Shown: positions 54,144 to 63,415 of the stretch, piece after piece
How positions within the stretch are numbered: position 1 is the first letter of the stretch
How the letters are laid out: the number at the start of each line of letters is the position of its first letter
Assembly (NCBI GenBank): GCA_949300375.1
Contig: CASGEB010000001.1
Location: 12,468-76,467 of the forward strand
Reading direction: 5' to 3'
DNA length: 64,000 nt
Source: an uncultured Pseudomonadota bacterium
Lineage (GTDB): Bacteria; Pseudomonadota; Alphaproteobacteria; RF32; CAG-239
The notes under the pieces: generated by a model
What the model was told of the DNA's origin: nothing
The model's database searches: none
The model's input: only the letters and a program-made list of their open reading frames with translations
Program-made: the position numbers and the translations under genes

Positions 54144-56614
54144 ACAAGGTTGATGATTTTATTAGGCACCACTATAACCTTTTTAAGCTCTTTGCCTTCC
54201 AGCTGCCGCTTAACATTTTCAAGCGACAATGCGGCTTTTTCAACCTCTTCTTTCGGCGCATCTTTCGGCAAATCGATTGTACCGCGCATTTTGCCGCAAA
54301 TCTGAACGGCATAAGTAACGGTATTTTCCTCTGCCAGTTTGGCATCGCCTTTCGGCCAGGACGCCGTAATAATCAACGACGTATGTCCCATTCTTGCCCA
54401 CATTTCTTCTGCCAGATGCGGCGTAAACGGACACATCAAAAGCAGCAGATTTTCGTAAAGTTCCGGAGCAATTTCATCCAAAGAAGACAAATGGTTTACA
54501 TAAGTCATCAAAGAAGAAACCGCCGTATTAAACTTCATCTGGTCAATTCTTTCGGTAACTTCAAGAATGGTCTTGTGCATCATCTGAATGTCTTTAGCCG
54601 AAGGCTTGGCATTTTTATTAACCTTCTTAAACAAATTATACACTTTGCCGACAAAACGGTACACACCGTTCAAACTGTCATCGGACCACATTGCCACTTG
54701 GTCAAACGGCCCGATAAACATCTCATACAGGCGGAAACTGTCTGCCCCGTAATTATTGACAATGTCATCGGGATTAATTACATTGCCGCGCGATTTTGAC
54801 ATTTTCTCGCCATTCTCGGCCAAAATCATACCATGCGACGTCCGGCGCTGATAGGGTTCTTTGGTCGGCACATAACCGCAGTCATACAAAAACTTATGCC
54901 AGAAACGCGAATAAAGCAGGTGTAACGTCGTATGCTCCATACCGCCGTTATACCAATCGACATTCATCCAGTAATCCAACGCTTCCTTAGAGGCAAACTC
55001 TTTGTTATTGTGCGGATCGCAATATCTCAGAAAATACCACGACGAACCCGCCCAGTTTGGCATAACGTCGGTCTCTCTGCGCGCCGGCGCCCCGCATTTC
55101 GGACAAGTCGTATTAACCCAGTCGGTGGCCTTTGCCAAAGGAGAGTCGCCGTTATCATTCGGCAGATAATCGGGAACCTCCGGCAAAGTCAGAGGGAGCT
55201 GGTCTTCAGGAACAGGCTGCCAGCCGCAATGCTCACAATAAACCATCGGAATAGGTTCGCCCCAATAACGCTGGCGCGAGAATACCCAATCACGCAGTTT
55301 GAAATTAACCTTCGATTTGCCAAAACCGTTTTTTTCGGCAAAAGCAATTGCAGCCTTCATAGCCTCTTCTTTATTCATACCGTCCATAAAGCCGGAATTG
55401 ATATGCGCGCCGTCTTCTTCCCAGGCCTTTTCGGCAATATCGCCGCCGGACAAAACCTGAATAATCGGCAGATTAAAAGCTTTGGCAAAATCATAGTCGC
55501 GTTGATCATGCGCCGGCACCGCCATAATCGCGCCGGTACCGTAACCGGTCAGAACATAATCCGAAATAAATACCGGAATCAACGTTCCGTTAAACGGATT
55601 CTTTGCTTTAATCCCTTTCAGTTCAACACCTGTCTTGCTGTCATCCATCGTTCTCTGCAAATCAGACTTCTTGGCTGTTTCTTCAACATAAGCTCTGATA
55701 TCTTCAGGATTTTCAAATTGCGACATCAGTTCGGATACAAAAGCATGCTCCGGCGCCATAACCATGTAAGTCACGCCAAAGGCCGTATCCGGGCGCGTTG
55801 TAAAGACTTTGAGCTTTCTTCCGCCTAAAGAATTGCCGTGGACATCAACCAAATCAAAGTCCAGCTCGGCGCCTTCCGAACGCCCGATCCAATTAATCTG
55901 CTGTGATTTAACACGGTCAATAAAATCCAAATCGTCCAAATCATTAATCAAACGGTCGGCATATTTGGTAATTGCTACCATCCACTGCTCTTTGTCTTTA
56001 CGAACGACTTGCGCGCCGCAGCGTTCGCAGCAGCCGTTGACGACTTCTTCGTTAGCCAGGCCGACTTTGCACGACGGACACCAGTTGATTGCCATTTTGC
56101 CTTTATATGCCAACCCTTTTTCAAAGAGTTTGATAAACATCCACTGCGTCCACTTGTAATATTCCGGATCACAGGTGTTAAAAGCTCTGTCCCAGTCAAA
56201 ACTAAAGCCGATAGACTTCAGCTGGCGGGTAAAGTTTTCAATATTGGCTTTAGTGGAAACCGCCGGATGAACACCGGTTTTGATTGCATAATTTTCCGCC
56301 GGCAGGCCAAAAGCGTCAAACCCCATCGGATACAAAACGTTAAAACCCTGCATTCTTTTTTTGCGCGCCACAACGTCCAACGCCGTATAAGAACGCGGAT
56401 GTCCCACATGCAGCCCGGCACCGGACGGATAAGGAAACTCGACCAGAACATAATATTTTTCCTTATGCTTGTCGATTTCTACCTTATAAGCCTTGTTTTC
56501 ATCCCAAATGCTCTGCCATTTTTTTTCAATTTTTTTAAAATTATAACGGTCTTCCGTTTCCCATTCTTTTGCCCATTCCTCAAATGAGCCTTTTCCATTA
56601 TATCTGTCAGTCAT
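54137..56614 (-). CDS. leuS: Leucine--tRNA ligase
   Basis: 825 aa with HVGHPRSYT (HIGH) and KMSKS motifs and a CP1 editing domain. Confidence 0.97.
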   Translation of the reverse strand: MTDRYNGKGSFEEWAKEWETEDRYNFKKIEKKWQSIWDENKAYKVEIDKHKEKYYVLVEFPYPSGAGLHVGHPRSYTALDVVARKKRMQGFNVLYPMGFDAFGLPAENYAIKTGVHPAVSTKANIENFTRQLKSIGFSFDWDRAFNTCDPEYYKWTQWMFIKLFEKGLAYKGKMAINWCPSCKVGLANEEVVNGCCERCGAQVVRKDKEQWMVAITKYADRLINDLDDLDFIDRVKSQQINWIGRSEGAELDFDLVDVHGNSLGGRKLKVFTTRPDTAFGVTYMVMAPEHAFVSELMSQFENPEDIRAYVEETAKKSDLQRTMDDSKTGVELKGIKAKNPFNGTLIPVFISDYVLTGYGTGAIMAVPAHDQRDYDFAKAFNLPIIQVLSGGDIAEKAWEEDGAHINSGFMDGMNKEEAMKAAIAFAEKNGFGKSKVNFKLRDWVFSRQRYWGEPIPMVYCEHCGWQPVPEDQLPLTLPEVPDYLPNDNGDSPLAKATDWVNTTCPKCGAPARRETDVMPNWAGSSWYFLRYCDPHNNKEFASKEALDYWMNVDWYNGGMEHTTLHLLYSRFWHKFLYDCGYVPTKEPYQRRTSHGMILAENGEKMSKSRGNVINPDDIVNNYGADSFRLYEMFIGPFDQVAMWSDDSLNGVYRFVGKVYNLFKKVNKNAKPSAKDIQMMHKTILEVTERIDQMKFNTAVSSLMTYVNHLSSLDEIAPELYENLLLLMCPFTPHLAEEMWARMGHTSLIITASWPKGDAKLAEENTVTYAVQICGKMRGTIDLPKDAPKEEVEKAALSLENVKRQLEGKELKKVIVVPNKIINLVA

Positions 56615-56644
56615 TTTTCATTCTCAATTCAGTTTTTTCAAATT

Positions 56645-57088
56645 TTATCTATATAAACTTGCTCTGTACAATTCCCTTGCTTTCAGGAGGATTCTGTTTT
56701 CCATTCCGCTTTGCAGTCGGCTGCCGGCTTCCTCGTCATACCATTTTCCGTCGCGCAGCACTCTTTTCTCGACGCTGACCTTAATGCCGTCGCTGCGCAA
56801 TTCTTTGGTCAGCACCTGAACCTTGACCATAAACAATTCCCGCGGATAGCCTTCCATTCTGAACCAGTCTGTTACAATCAGCCCTTTTTCCGGATTTCTT
56901 GTCTTCAAAGGCGTAAAACTCATCCGATCCAAAGCGGCCTGCCACAAGAACTCATTTACCGGCAATTCTTTAACCTTTTCCGTTTTTTTATCATCCGCCC
57001 AGGGATTCATCCACGAAAAATACGAGCAGCCGCCGGTCATAACAACAACCGCCAACAAAGTCAAAAGCGTTTTTTTCATCTGTCTCAT
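56645..57088 (-). CDS. DUF3576-family lipoprotein
   Basis: It has the lipobox MTGGCS and FLWQAALDRMSFTPL, typical of DUF3576. It neighbours leuS, as in many alphaproteobacteria. Confidence 0.7.
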   Translation of the reverse strand: MRQMKKTLLTLLAVVVMTGGCSYFSWMNPWADDKKTEKVKELPVNEFLWQAALDRMSFTPLKTRNPEKGLIVTDWFRMEGYPRELFMVKVQVLTKELRSDGIKVSVEKRVLRDGKWYDEEAGSRLQSGMENRILLKARELYRASLYR

Positions 57089-57213
57089 TCCTCAAAAAAA
57101 CAAAGCTTTGCTCAGGTTATAATAAAATCATCCAAAAAACAAGAGTCCAAAATAAAAATTTCACACTTGTATTTCCGCGGCAATCCGCTAAAATACCGGC
57201 AAAACGAAACATA

Positions 57214-58509
57214 TTGGAAAAAAGGATGATTGATCCGCGTCAACAAGCTGCCGAAACCTTGCGGGACATATTGGAAAAGCATTGTTTTTTCAGCGAGATA
57301 AAAAACATTTCTTCTCCTGTCGGACAGCAAAATACGGCTTTTTTAAATATGCTGGTGCTCACTGCCTTGCGCCGGCTGGTCTTTTTGCAAAAAGTCATTT
57401 CGGCTTTTGCGGCCAAAAAACTCCCGGACAAACACGCCTTTGCCCGTTATGCGCTGATTTCGGCCGCTGCCGAAATCCTTTTTCTTGACACGCCCGATTA
57501 TGCCGTGCTTAACAGCTATGTCAGCCTGATAAAAAAACAAAACGACAAATACGTCGCCGGCTTTGCCAATGCCGTTTTGCGAAAAATTGCAGCAGCCAAA
57601 GAAGAACTCCTGAAAGCGGATAACGGCATATTTTTTCCCGACAGTTTTAGAAAACTCCTGGAAAAAGACTACGGCAAAAAACAAACGGCATTAATTGAAG
57701 CCGCCTCTCTGAATGAACCGCCTCTTGATTTGACGGTCAAAGAAAACGCGGCGGAATGGGCAAAAAAATTAAACGGAACACTGTTGCCGAACGGTTCCGT
57801 CCGCCTGGAAAACAACGGAAAAATAGAAAAACTTCCCGGATACAAAGACGGCAAATGGTGGGTTCAGGATTTCTCGGCTTCTCTCGCCGCCAAAACCATA
57901 AGCGCCCCGGCCGGAAAAAAAATTTTGGATCTTTGTGCCGCTCCAGGCGGAAAAACCGCTCAGCTTCTGGCCGCCGGGGCGGAAGTTGTTTCGCTTGACA
58001 TTTCGGAAGACCGTCTGAAAAAATTGTCAGAAAACATCCGTCGTTTAAATTTGCCGGCTCCGCGGATTATTTGTGCCGATGCCGCAAAATATTTGGAAGA
58101 AACATCTGACCGTTACGATGCCGTCCTGCTAGACGCCCCTTGTTCGGCAACCGGAACTTTGCGCCGCCATCCGGAAATCGTCCATATCAAAAACACCCGG
58201 GATATTGAAAAAATGGCTGAACTGCAAAAACAAATCCTTGTCCGGACAGCGCGGGTGCTGCGCCCCGGCGGAGAATTGACATATTGCACCTGTTCCATCG
58301 CCAAAACGGAAGGAGAACGACAAATAACCGCTTTTCTGCAAAACAATTCCGAATTTCAGCTGATACCGCTGTCGCCAGACAATTTTTCCGGAGCAATGCC
58401 GGCTGAAATATTCACCGCAGAAGGTTTCATCCGCACGCTTCCATACCATTTGCAGTCTTGCGGAGGAGCCGATTCTTTCTTTATCGCCAAAATGCAAAGG
58501 ACAAAATAA
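57214..58509 (+). CDS. rsmB: 16S rRNA (cytosine967-C5)-methyltransferase RsmB
   Basis: It has a NusB-like N-terminal domain and the motifs DLCAAPGGKT, DAPCSATGTLRRHPE and YCTCSI. The start is TTG at 57214 or ATG at 57226. Confidence 0.88.
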   Translation: MEKRMIDPRQQAAETLRDILEKHCFFSEIKNISSPVGQQNTAFLNMLVLTALRRLVFLQKVISAFAAKKLPDKHAFARYALISAAAEILFLDTPDYAVLNSYVSLIKKQNDKYVAGFANAVLRKIAAAKEELLKADNGIFFPDSFRKLLEKDYGKKQTALIEAASLNEPPLDLTVKENAAEWAKKLNGTLLPNGSVRLENNGKIEKLPGYKDGKWWVQDFSASLAAKTISAPAGKKILDLCAAPGGKTAQLLAAGAEVVSLDISEDRLKKLSENIRRLNLPAPRIICADAAKYLEETSDRYDAVLLDAPCSATGTLRRHPEIVHIKNTRDIEKMAELQKQILVRTARVLRPGGELTYCTCSIAKTEGERQITAFLQNNSEFQLIPLSPDNFSGAMPAEIFTAEGFIRTLPYHLQSCGGADSFFIAKMQRTK

Positions 58510-58512
58510 ACC

Positions 58513-59421
58513 ATGCCCGCACCCCAAGAAACAACATCCGCCTCAAAACCGCCGGTATATATCCTCGGCAACACGCCTCTCGGCAGATATCTTGCCGCCA
58601 AGTTCATCGTCAAGGGAGAAAATGCCGTCATAATCGCACCGCAGAACAGCTGCGATTCCGAAATCGAAATCAGCCTGCGGGAAGAACACAGCCTGAAAAA
58701 ACAAAAGACAAATGTTCCCTGCCGGCATTATTCCTCCGAAAAGGCAAAAATGCTGATAATCACCTCCCAAAGCCGCAACTTAAAATCCGAACTGATGTTG
58801 CTTTCATCATCTCATTTTTCAAATGCGCCTGTTGTTGTTTTTTCAATGCTCCCCGATTTCAGGATTATTGAAAGCCTGTTGCGGCACAATACAATTCGGG
58901 CATATTTTGACGGCTGGCTGCTCTCAAAAGACAACCAGATTTTCATTCTCGGCGGAGAACCGCAGATTACCCTCTCCAAACCGTTCAATACGCTGGAATA
59001 TTCCCTGAAAGCATTAAGCTGTTTTCATAGTTCCGAGATTCTCTGCCAAACCTGCGAAGATAAAAACCAGGTATTTTGGCAGGCCTTTTCAATCTATGCC
59101 GTCTCAGCCCTGGCTTCCGCCTTTTACCGCCAAAGCATATTCAACATATTGAAAAACAAAGAAAAACAAAGCCGTGTCGAAGCTGCCGTCAATGAAATAT
59201 GCTCCTTGGCCGCTGCCGAAAATATCTCTTTGGATAATGCTGAAATATTAAAAAAAATATACAATACGCCGATAAATTACGCTTACGACACTCAATCGCC
59301 GGGCGATTCGTCCCGCCGGGAAATCAACAACATCAATATGGCCGTTTCGGATTTTGCCCGCCGTCATGATATTGCAATCCCGGCATTGAAAAAAATCCTT
59401 CCCAAAGATATCTCCGCATAA
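58513..59421 (+). CDS. Ketopantoate-reductase (ApbA/PanE)-like family protein, divergent
   Basis: The N-terminal dinucleotide-fold-like segment is VYILGNTPLGRYLAAKF. The length and C-terminal helical region resemble the family. Similarity is weak. Confidence 0.4.
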   Translation: MPAPQETTSASKPPVYILGNTPLGRYLAAKFIVKGENAVIIAPQNSCDSEIEISLREEHSLKKQKTNVPCRHYSSEKAKMLIITSQSRNLKSELMLLSSSHFSNAPVVVFSMLPDFRIIESLLRHNTIRAYFDGWLLSKDNQIFILGGEPQITLSKPFNTLEYSLKALSCFHSSEILCQTCEDKNQVFWQAFSIYAVSALASAFYRQSIFNILKNKEKQSRVEAAVNEICSLAAAENISLDNAEILKKIYNTPINYAYDTQSPGDSSRREINNINMAVSDFARRHDIAIPALKKILPKDISA

Positions 59422-59490
59422 AAATACATTGATTATTGAACAAATAAATTAATCGACTACAATAGTTTGGAAAACCGGAGAAAAGAGGCA

Positions 59491-60561
59491 ATGAATTTTG
59501 ACAATACATTCTTGACAATTTGTGCCGTTGCAAGCTTTTTCTTAAGCTTTGCCGGTTTTTATGTCCTGAATCAGCAGAGAATTTCCCGGCTTGAACGGCA
59601 AATTCCGCCTTTTGCCGTCATTTTTGTTTTTTTCGCTGTTTTCGGCCTGGCCGCAGCATTTGTTTTCAGACAAGACAATGACTTTGTCAGCGGATATTCT
59701 GTGCCAGAACTTCCGATTCTGCTTGCGGCAACCGCTCTGGTCTTTTATGTTTCTTCGCGTTTTTCAGCCAAATATGCCGCCTTGACCATACTGTCCGGCA
59801 CGGCAGTCCTGACCTTTCTTATGCCGGAGAGCCAGCCGTTGCTTCCTCAAATTCCGGCGCCGCTAAGCTTGTTTCTCTCTATATTGTTATGGTTCGCTTT
59901 TAGTTTTTTATACCGTTTTTTAAATGGGGTCGAAAGTGTTATCGGTCTTCACACGATAGCTGTTGCGCTCGGTATATTTTCTTTATCCCTGGCTGCCGCG
60001 CTTCCGCATCTGCTTGGTGTTCTGGCGCTGATTTTGTCTGCTGTTATGGGAGCCTTTCTTTTGTTCAACTGGTATCCCGCCCGTTTGCAGCTTTCCGACG
60101 CCGGCTGCACGGCTTTGGGATTTTTGCTTGGCGGATTAATATTCCGCTCTGCCTCGGAAGGTGCGGCGCCCTGTCTGATAATTTTCAATATGTTTTTCAT
60201 CATTGAAGTTTCCTGGGCCTTGCTGCAAGCTCTGGCTCTAAGAGACAAATATTCAGACATCACGGCAAACACCTCTTATTTCCAGGCCAACATTTCCGGA
60301 CTTTCTCCCGACAATATCGCCAACAACGTTTTACGCCTGGAAATCGTCATGGTTGTTCTCGGATATTTCGAAGCCTATTCTCCGAATATCTACTCTATTC
60401 CGATATTAAGCGCTGTAATCACGGCCTGGTACTTAAGCAAACTAAAACACTGGCAAACCGCTAATCAAAGTTTTCGCGAAATCAACCGAAATGTCATAAA
60501 CGAAATCAAAAGCAATTTTGAAGACATTAAAGACAATATAAACAAGGATAAAAGAAATTGA
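59491..60561 (+). CDS. Hypothetical polytopic membrane protein (weak MraY/WecA GT4-like resemblance)
   Basis: About 10 hydrophobic helices. FLNGVESVIGL sits where GT4 enzymes carry N..N..DG.DGL, but the acidic residues are not conserved. The ORF-track TTG start is at 59467. Confidence 0.4.
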   Translation: MNFDNTFLTICAVASFFLSFAGFYVLNQQRISRLERQIPPFAVIFVFFAVFGLAAAFVFRQDNDFVSGYSVPELPILLAATALVFYVSSRFSAKYAALTILSGTAVLTFLMPESQPLLPQIPAPLSLFLSILLWFAFSFLYRFLNGVESVIGLHTIAVALGIFSLSLAAALPHLLGVLALILSAVMGAFLLFNWYPARLQLSDAGCTALGFLLGGLIFRSASEGAAPCLIIFNMFFIIEVSWALLQALALRDKYSDITANTSYFQANISGLSPDNIANNVLRLEIVMVVLGYFEAYSPNIYSIPILSAVITAWYLSKLKHWQTANQSFREINRNVINEIKSNFEDIKDNINKDKRN

Positions 60562-61925
60562 TGCGGCTGACCGATTTTTTTCATAAAATTTTTCATACCC
60601 GCCCTGATAATCTGAATCTGGCGGTTAATGCCATAGATTTGATTAAATTCAAGGTCGTCGTTGTTGAGTTTTCCGAAAATATAGAAAGCAACAGCGGCGA
60701 AGTCATCGCACGATTGTTAAGCGGCAAAGACGGTTTGGAAGTCTCATATTTTGATGAACCTTTCTCCAAAACTTTTCTAAATCTGGAAAGCCGGACGCTG
60801 TTTGACCTGATTGACCGGGGACAAACAATTTTGGACAAGACGCAGGCCGATGTCCTGATTTGGGGATACCGTGAAGGCAGCAGGATTCGTCTGAATTTTC
60901 AAACCGAAAAACAATATGAAAACGAAGACTGCGCTTTTGTTTCCCTTTTGGACAGTTTATACATCCCGGCAGATTTATTATCATCCGGAAACAAAATTCC
61001 TCCCGCCGTCGGCAATTTGATTTACGGTGCCGTTGTCAGCTCGCTCAATACTTTTTCAAAAGAAAAGAAAATCCAAAAAAGATACTTGCTGAAAAGGATA
61101 ATCAATTCTCTTTCAAAAGACGATTCCGCCAAAAACCTTTCCATTGAATATATGCCTTACATAATGAACTTTCTGGGCATCATTTACCTCAGCTATTGTT
61201 TTGACCGCGGCCAGGGCAAAGACTTCAAAATCGTCAAAAACCTTTTCGATACGGCGCTGAAACATCAGGATTTGATAACAGCGCCCATCCATCTTGGCTG
61301 TATCTACAACCACCTCGGACAGCTTTATGACTGCTCGACCAAATACATTCCCAAACAATCGGCGCGCCATTTCCGGGAAGCCATTAACTATTACCGCCAG
61401 GCACAAAGATATTTGAGCAAATATAACTACCCGTATGATTACGGCTACATTTCTTATAAATTGTCTCATCTGTTTTTAAATTACTGGTTGTACAAAGAAG
61501 ACATTCAGGCTTTGCGCGACGCCGTTTTTCAATTGCGGGAAGCAGAAAAAATTTATACGCTTGCTCTGTTTCCGGAATTCTGGGCGCAAATCCAAGGCGA
61601 ATTGGGCTATATGCTCGGTCTTCTCGGCAATTTTACCAAAAGTGAGGAAATTTCGGAACTTGCCATTGCCAGCTATAAAAACCAGCAAAAAGTCATAACC
61701 GAACGGCGGGCGCCGATGGAATGGGCCAAAAGTCAGGAACACATCGGCGAAATCTACTACCGCCTGGGCAAAAACGCCGGAGACAAAGCCTTGTTGGAAG
61801 AAGCCTTGGAATATTTTCATGATGCTCTCTATATCTTTGAAAATGCTGATAATATTGAAGAAACTCGTAAAATAACCACAAATATCGCCAAAACCAGCCA
61901 GAGCTTAAACATTTTGGAAAGTTAA
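60561..61925 (+). CDS. Hypothetical protein with C-terminal TPR-like repeats
   Basis: About 454 aa. The start ATG overlaps the previous stop (TGATG). The C-terminal half shows repeated A..Y..AL-type helical pairs. Confidence 0.45.
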   Translation: MRLTDFFHKIFHTRPDNLNLAVNAIDLIKFKVVVVEFSENIESNSGEVIARLLSGKDGLEVSYFDEPFSKTFLNLESRTLFDLIDRGQTILDKTQADVLIWGYREGSRIRLNFQTEKQYENEDCAFVSLLDSLYIPADLLSSGNKIPPAVGNLIYGAVVSSLNTFSKEKKIQKRYLLKRIINSLSKDDSAKNLSIEYMPYIMNFLGIIYLSYCFDRGQGKDFKIVKNLFDTALKHQDLITAPIHLGCIYNHLGQLYDCSTKYIPKQSARHFREAINYYRQAQRYLSKYNYPYDYGYISYKLSHLFLNYWLYKEDIQALRDAVFQLREAEKIYTLALFPEFWAQIQGELGYMLGLLGNFTKSEEISELAIASYKNQQKVITERRAPMEWAKSQEHIGEIYYRLGKNAGDKALLEEALEYFHDALYIFENADNIEETRKITTNIAKTSQSLNILES

Positions 61926-62000
61926 CGGTAAAACCTTTCGCGTACCCCAAACCACCAAGAACAATAGCAACAAATATAATACTTTTCCACACTAAGCGTC

Positions 62001-62250
62001 CCTCAGACCGCTGTAAAAAACGCGATATAAGCGCTAAGCAAAAACAACCGCTACTCCGGTTGTTTTTGTCTGCAAGCTCTTTGTAACATCTTGGCAAGCA
62101 AGGAAAGCGTTAGCAACCGCAGCGCGCCTAGATGCCTAAGTCAGATAATAAGAAAAAAGAATTTTAGCGACAGGAGTGTATAAAAACATACATGACTTAG
62201 CTAAAATTCTTTTTTCTGTATTAGGTGGCCACAGAGCGCAGTTTTTACCC
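62001..62250. repeat. Nested-palindrome element locus 4: left end, a 110-bp insert and a B-type unit
   Basis: The left end ctcagaccgctgtaaaaaacgcg is nearly identical to locus 3. The insert carries the hairpin aaaaacaaccg/cggttgttttt. The B unit is almost identical to 25647-25754. The right end gcgcagtttttac contains the stop of the LptG-like gene. Confidence 0.85.
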
Positions 62251-63351
62251 GTCCTCGAGATGGAGAAGAACCGACACGCTAATCATCATCACAATCAGCG
62301 CCGGCGTCCAAACCGCCAAAAAACCCGGAATAATATTATTAATTCCGAAAGCATAAATAACTTGCGACATAAAATAGACGATAAAGCCGGTAGAAAGTCC
62401 GCCGACAATCAGATACATCACGCCGCCGCGCCGGTTATTCGGACGCAGGGCAAAAACCGCCGCCACCAAAACCATGGAGCAAAGCAGAAAAGGCGAGGCC
62501 AGCAGGGATAAATAACGCAGCCTGTGTTTCTGCGCCGAAAAACCCGACATCTCATAAAAATGGATTGTATCCGGCAAATCCCAAAAAGAGATAGATTCCG
62601 GCTCAACAAAATTTTCTTTTATCCGTTCTATTGTCAACGTTGTTTTATACATAAGCCTGTCCTGTGATACGGTTGGCTTTCCAGGCTCATAAATTTTAAC
62701 ATTAATCAACTCAAACGCATCATCCTTCAAATTGGCGGCATAAGCCTCAATCCGGCGCAAATTCTGCGATTCTCTGCTCATCTCCAAAATCGTTACGCCG
62801 CGCAAAAACAATGTATTATGTTCCTGCCGGACAGACTTTGCCTGCAAATAAAGAAATTTATCGGCATTGATTGCCTCGCGCAGCCACAACCCTTTTTCAG
62901 AAAAAAGAACAGCTTTCGGATTGCGTGTTTTAAAACGATAATTCAGCGTCTCGTACAATTCATTCATTCGGGCGGAAATCGGATTAACCACCGTAACATT
63001 GACCACGCCGACCAAAAATGTTGCCAAAAGAACCGGCGCCAAAAAACCCCAGATAGACACGCCCGCGCTCCGGATAATCACAAATTCGTTGCTTTTACTG
63101 AGTTTCCAAAACGTAATCATAGCCGCAATCATCATCACAAACGGGAAAACCATTTCCACGGTTTTCGGCAGTTTGGTAAAAGCCATCTCCATAATCAGGC
63201 CAAAAGATGCGTCGTCCCGGCCGGAAGCCCGGCGCAGCAGTTCAACAACTTCAAACAGCATAACAATTCCGATTACCATCAGCAAAACGGCAAGAAAATT
63301 GTAAACAATCTGTTTAGTCAGATATCTTCCAAGAATAGACTGCGGGTTCAT
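62245..63351 (-). CDS. lptG: LPS export ABC transporter permease (LptF/LptG family, LptG-like)
   Basis: 368 aa with YjgP/YjgQ topology: three TM helices, a periplasmic beta-jellyroll region, then three TM helices. The N-terminus is ILGRYLTKQI...FEVVELLRRA. Confidence 0.75.
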   Translation of the reverse strand: MNPQSILGRYLTKQIVYNFLAVLLMVIGIVMLFEVVELLRRASGRDDASFGLIMEMAFTKLPKTVEMVFPFVMMIAAMITFWKLSKSNEFVIIRSAGVSIWGFLAPVLLATFLVGVVNVTVVNPISARMNELYETLNYRFKTRNPKAVLFSEKGLWLREAINADKFLYLQAKSVRQEHNTLFLRGVTILEMSRESQNLRRIEAYAANLKDDAFELINVKIYEPGKPTVSQDRLMYKTTLTIERIKENFVEPESISFWDLPDTIHFYEMSGFSAQKHRLRYLSLLASPFLLCSMVLVAAVFALRPNNRRGGVMYLIVGGLSTGFIVYFMSQVIYAFGINNIIPGFLAVWTPALIVMMISVSVLLHLEDG

Positions 63352-63415
63352 TATTATCCAATCGTTAGTTCATTTTTGTTCAGAATATAAAATAATCTTT
63401 TATTTATCAAGACTA

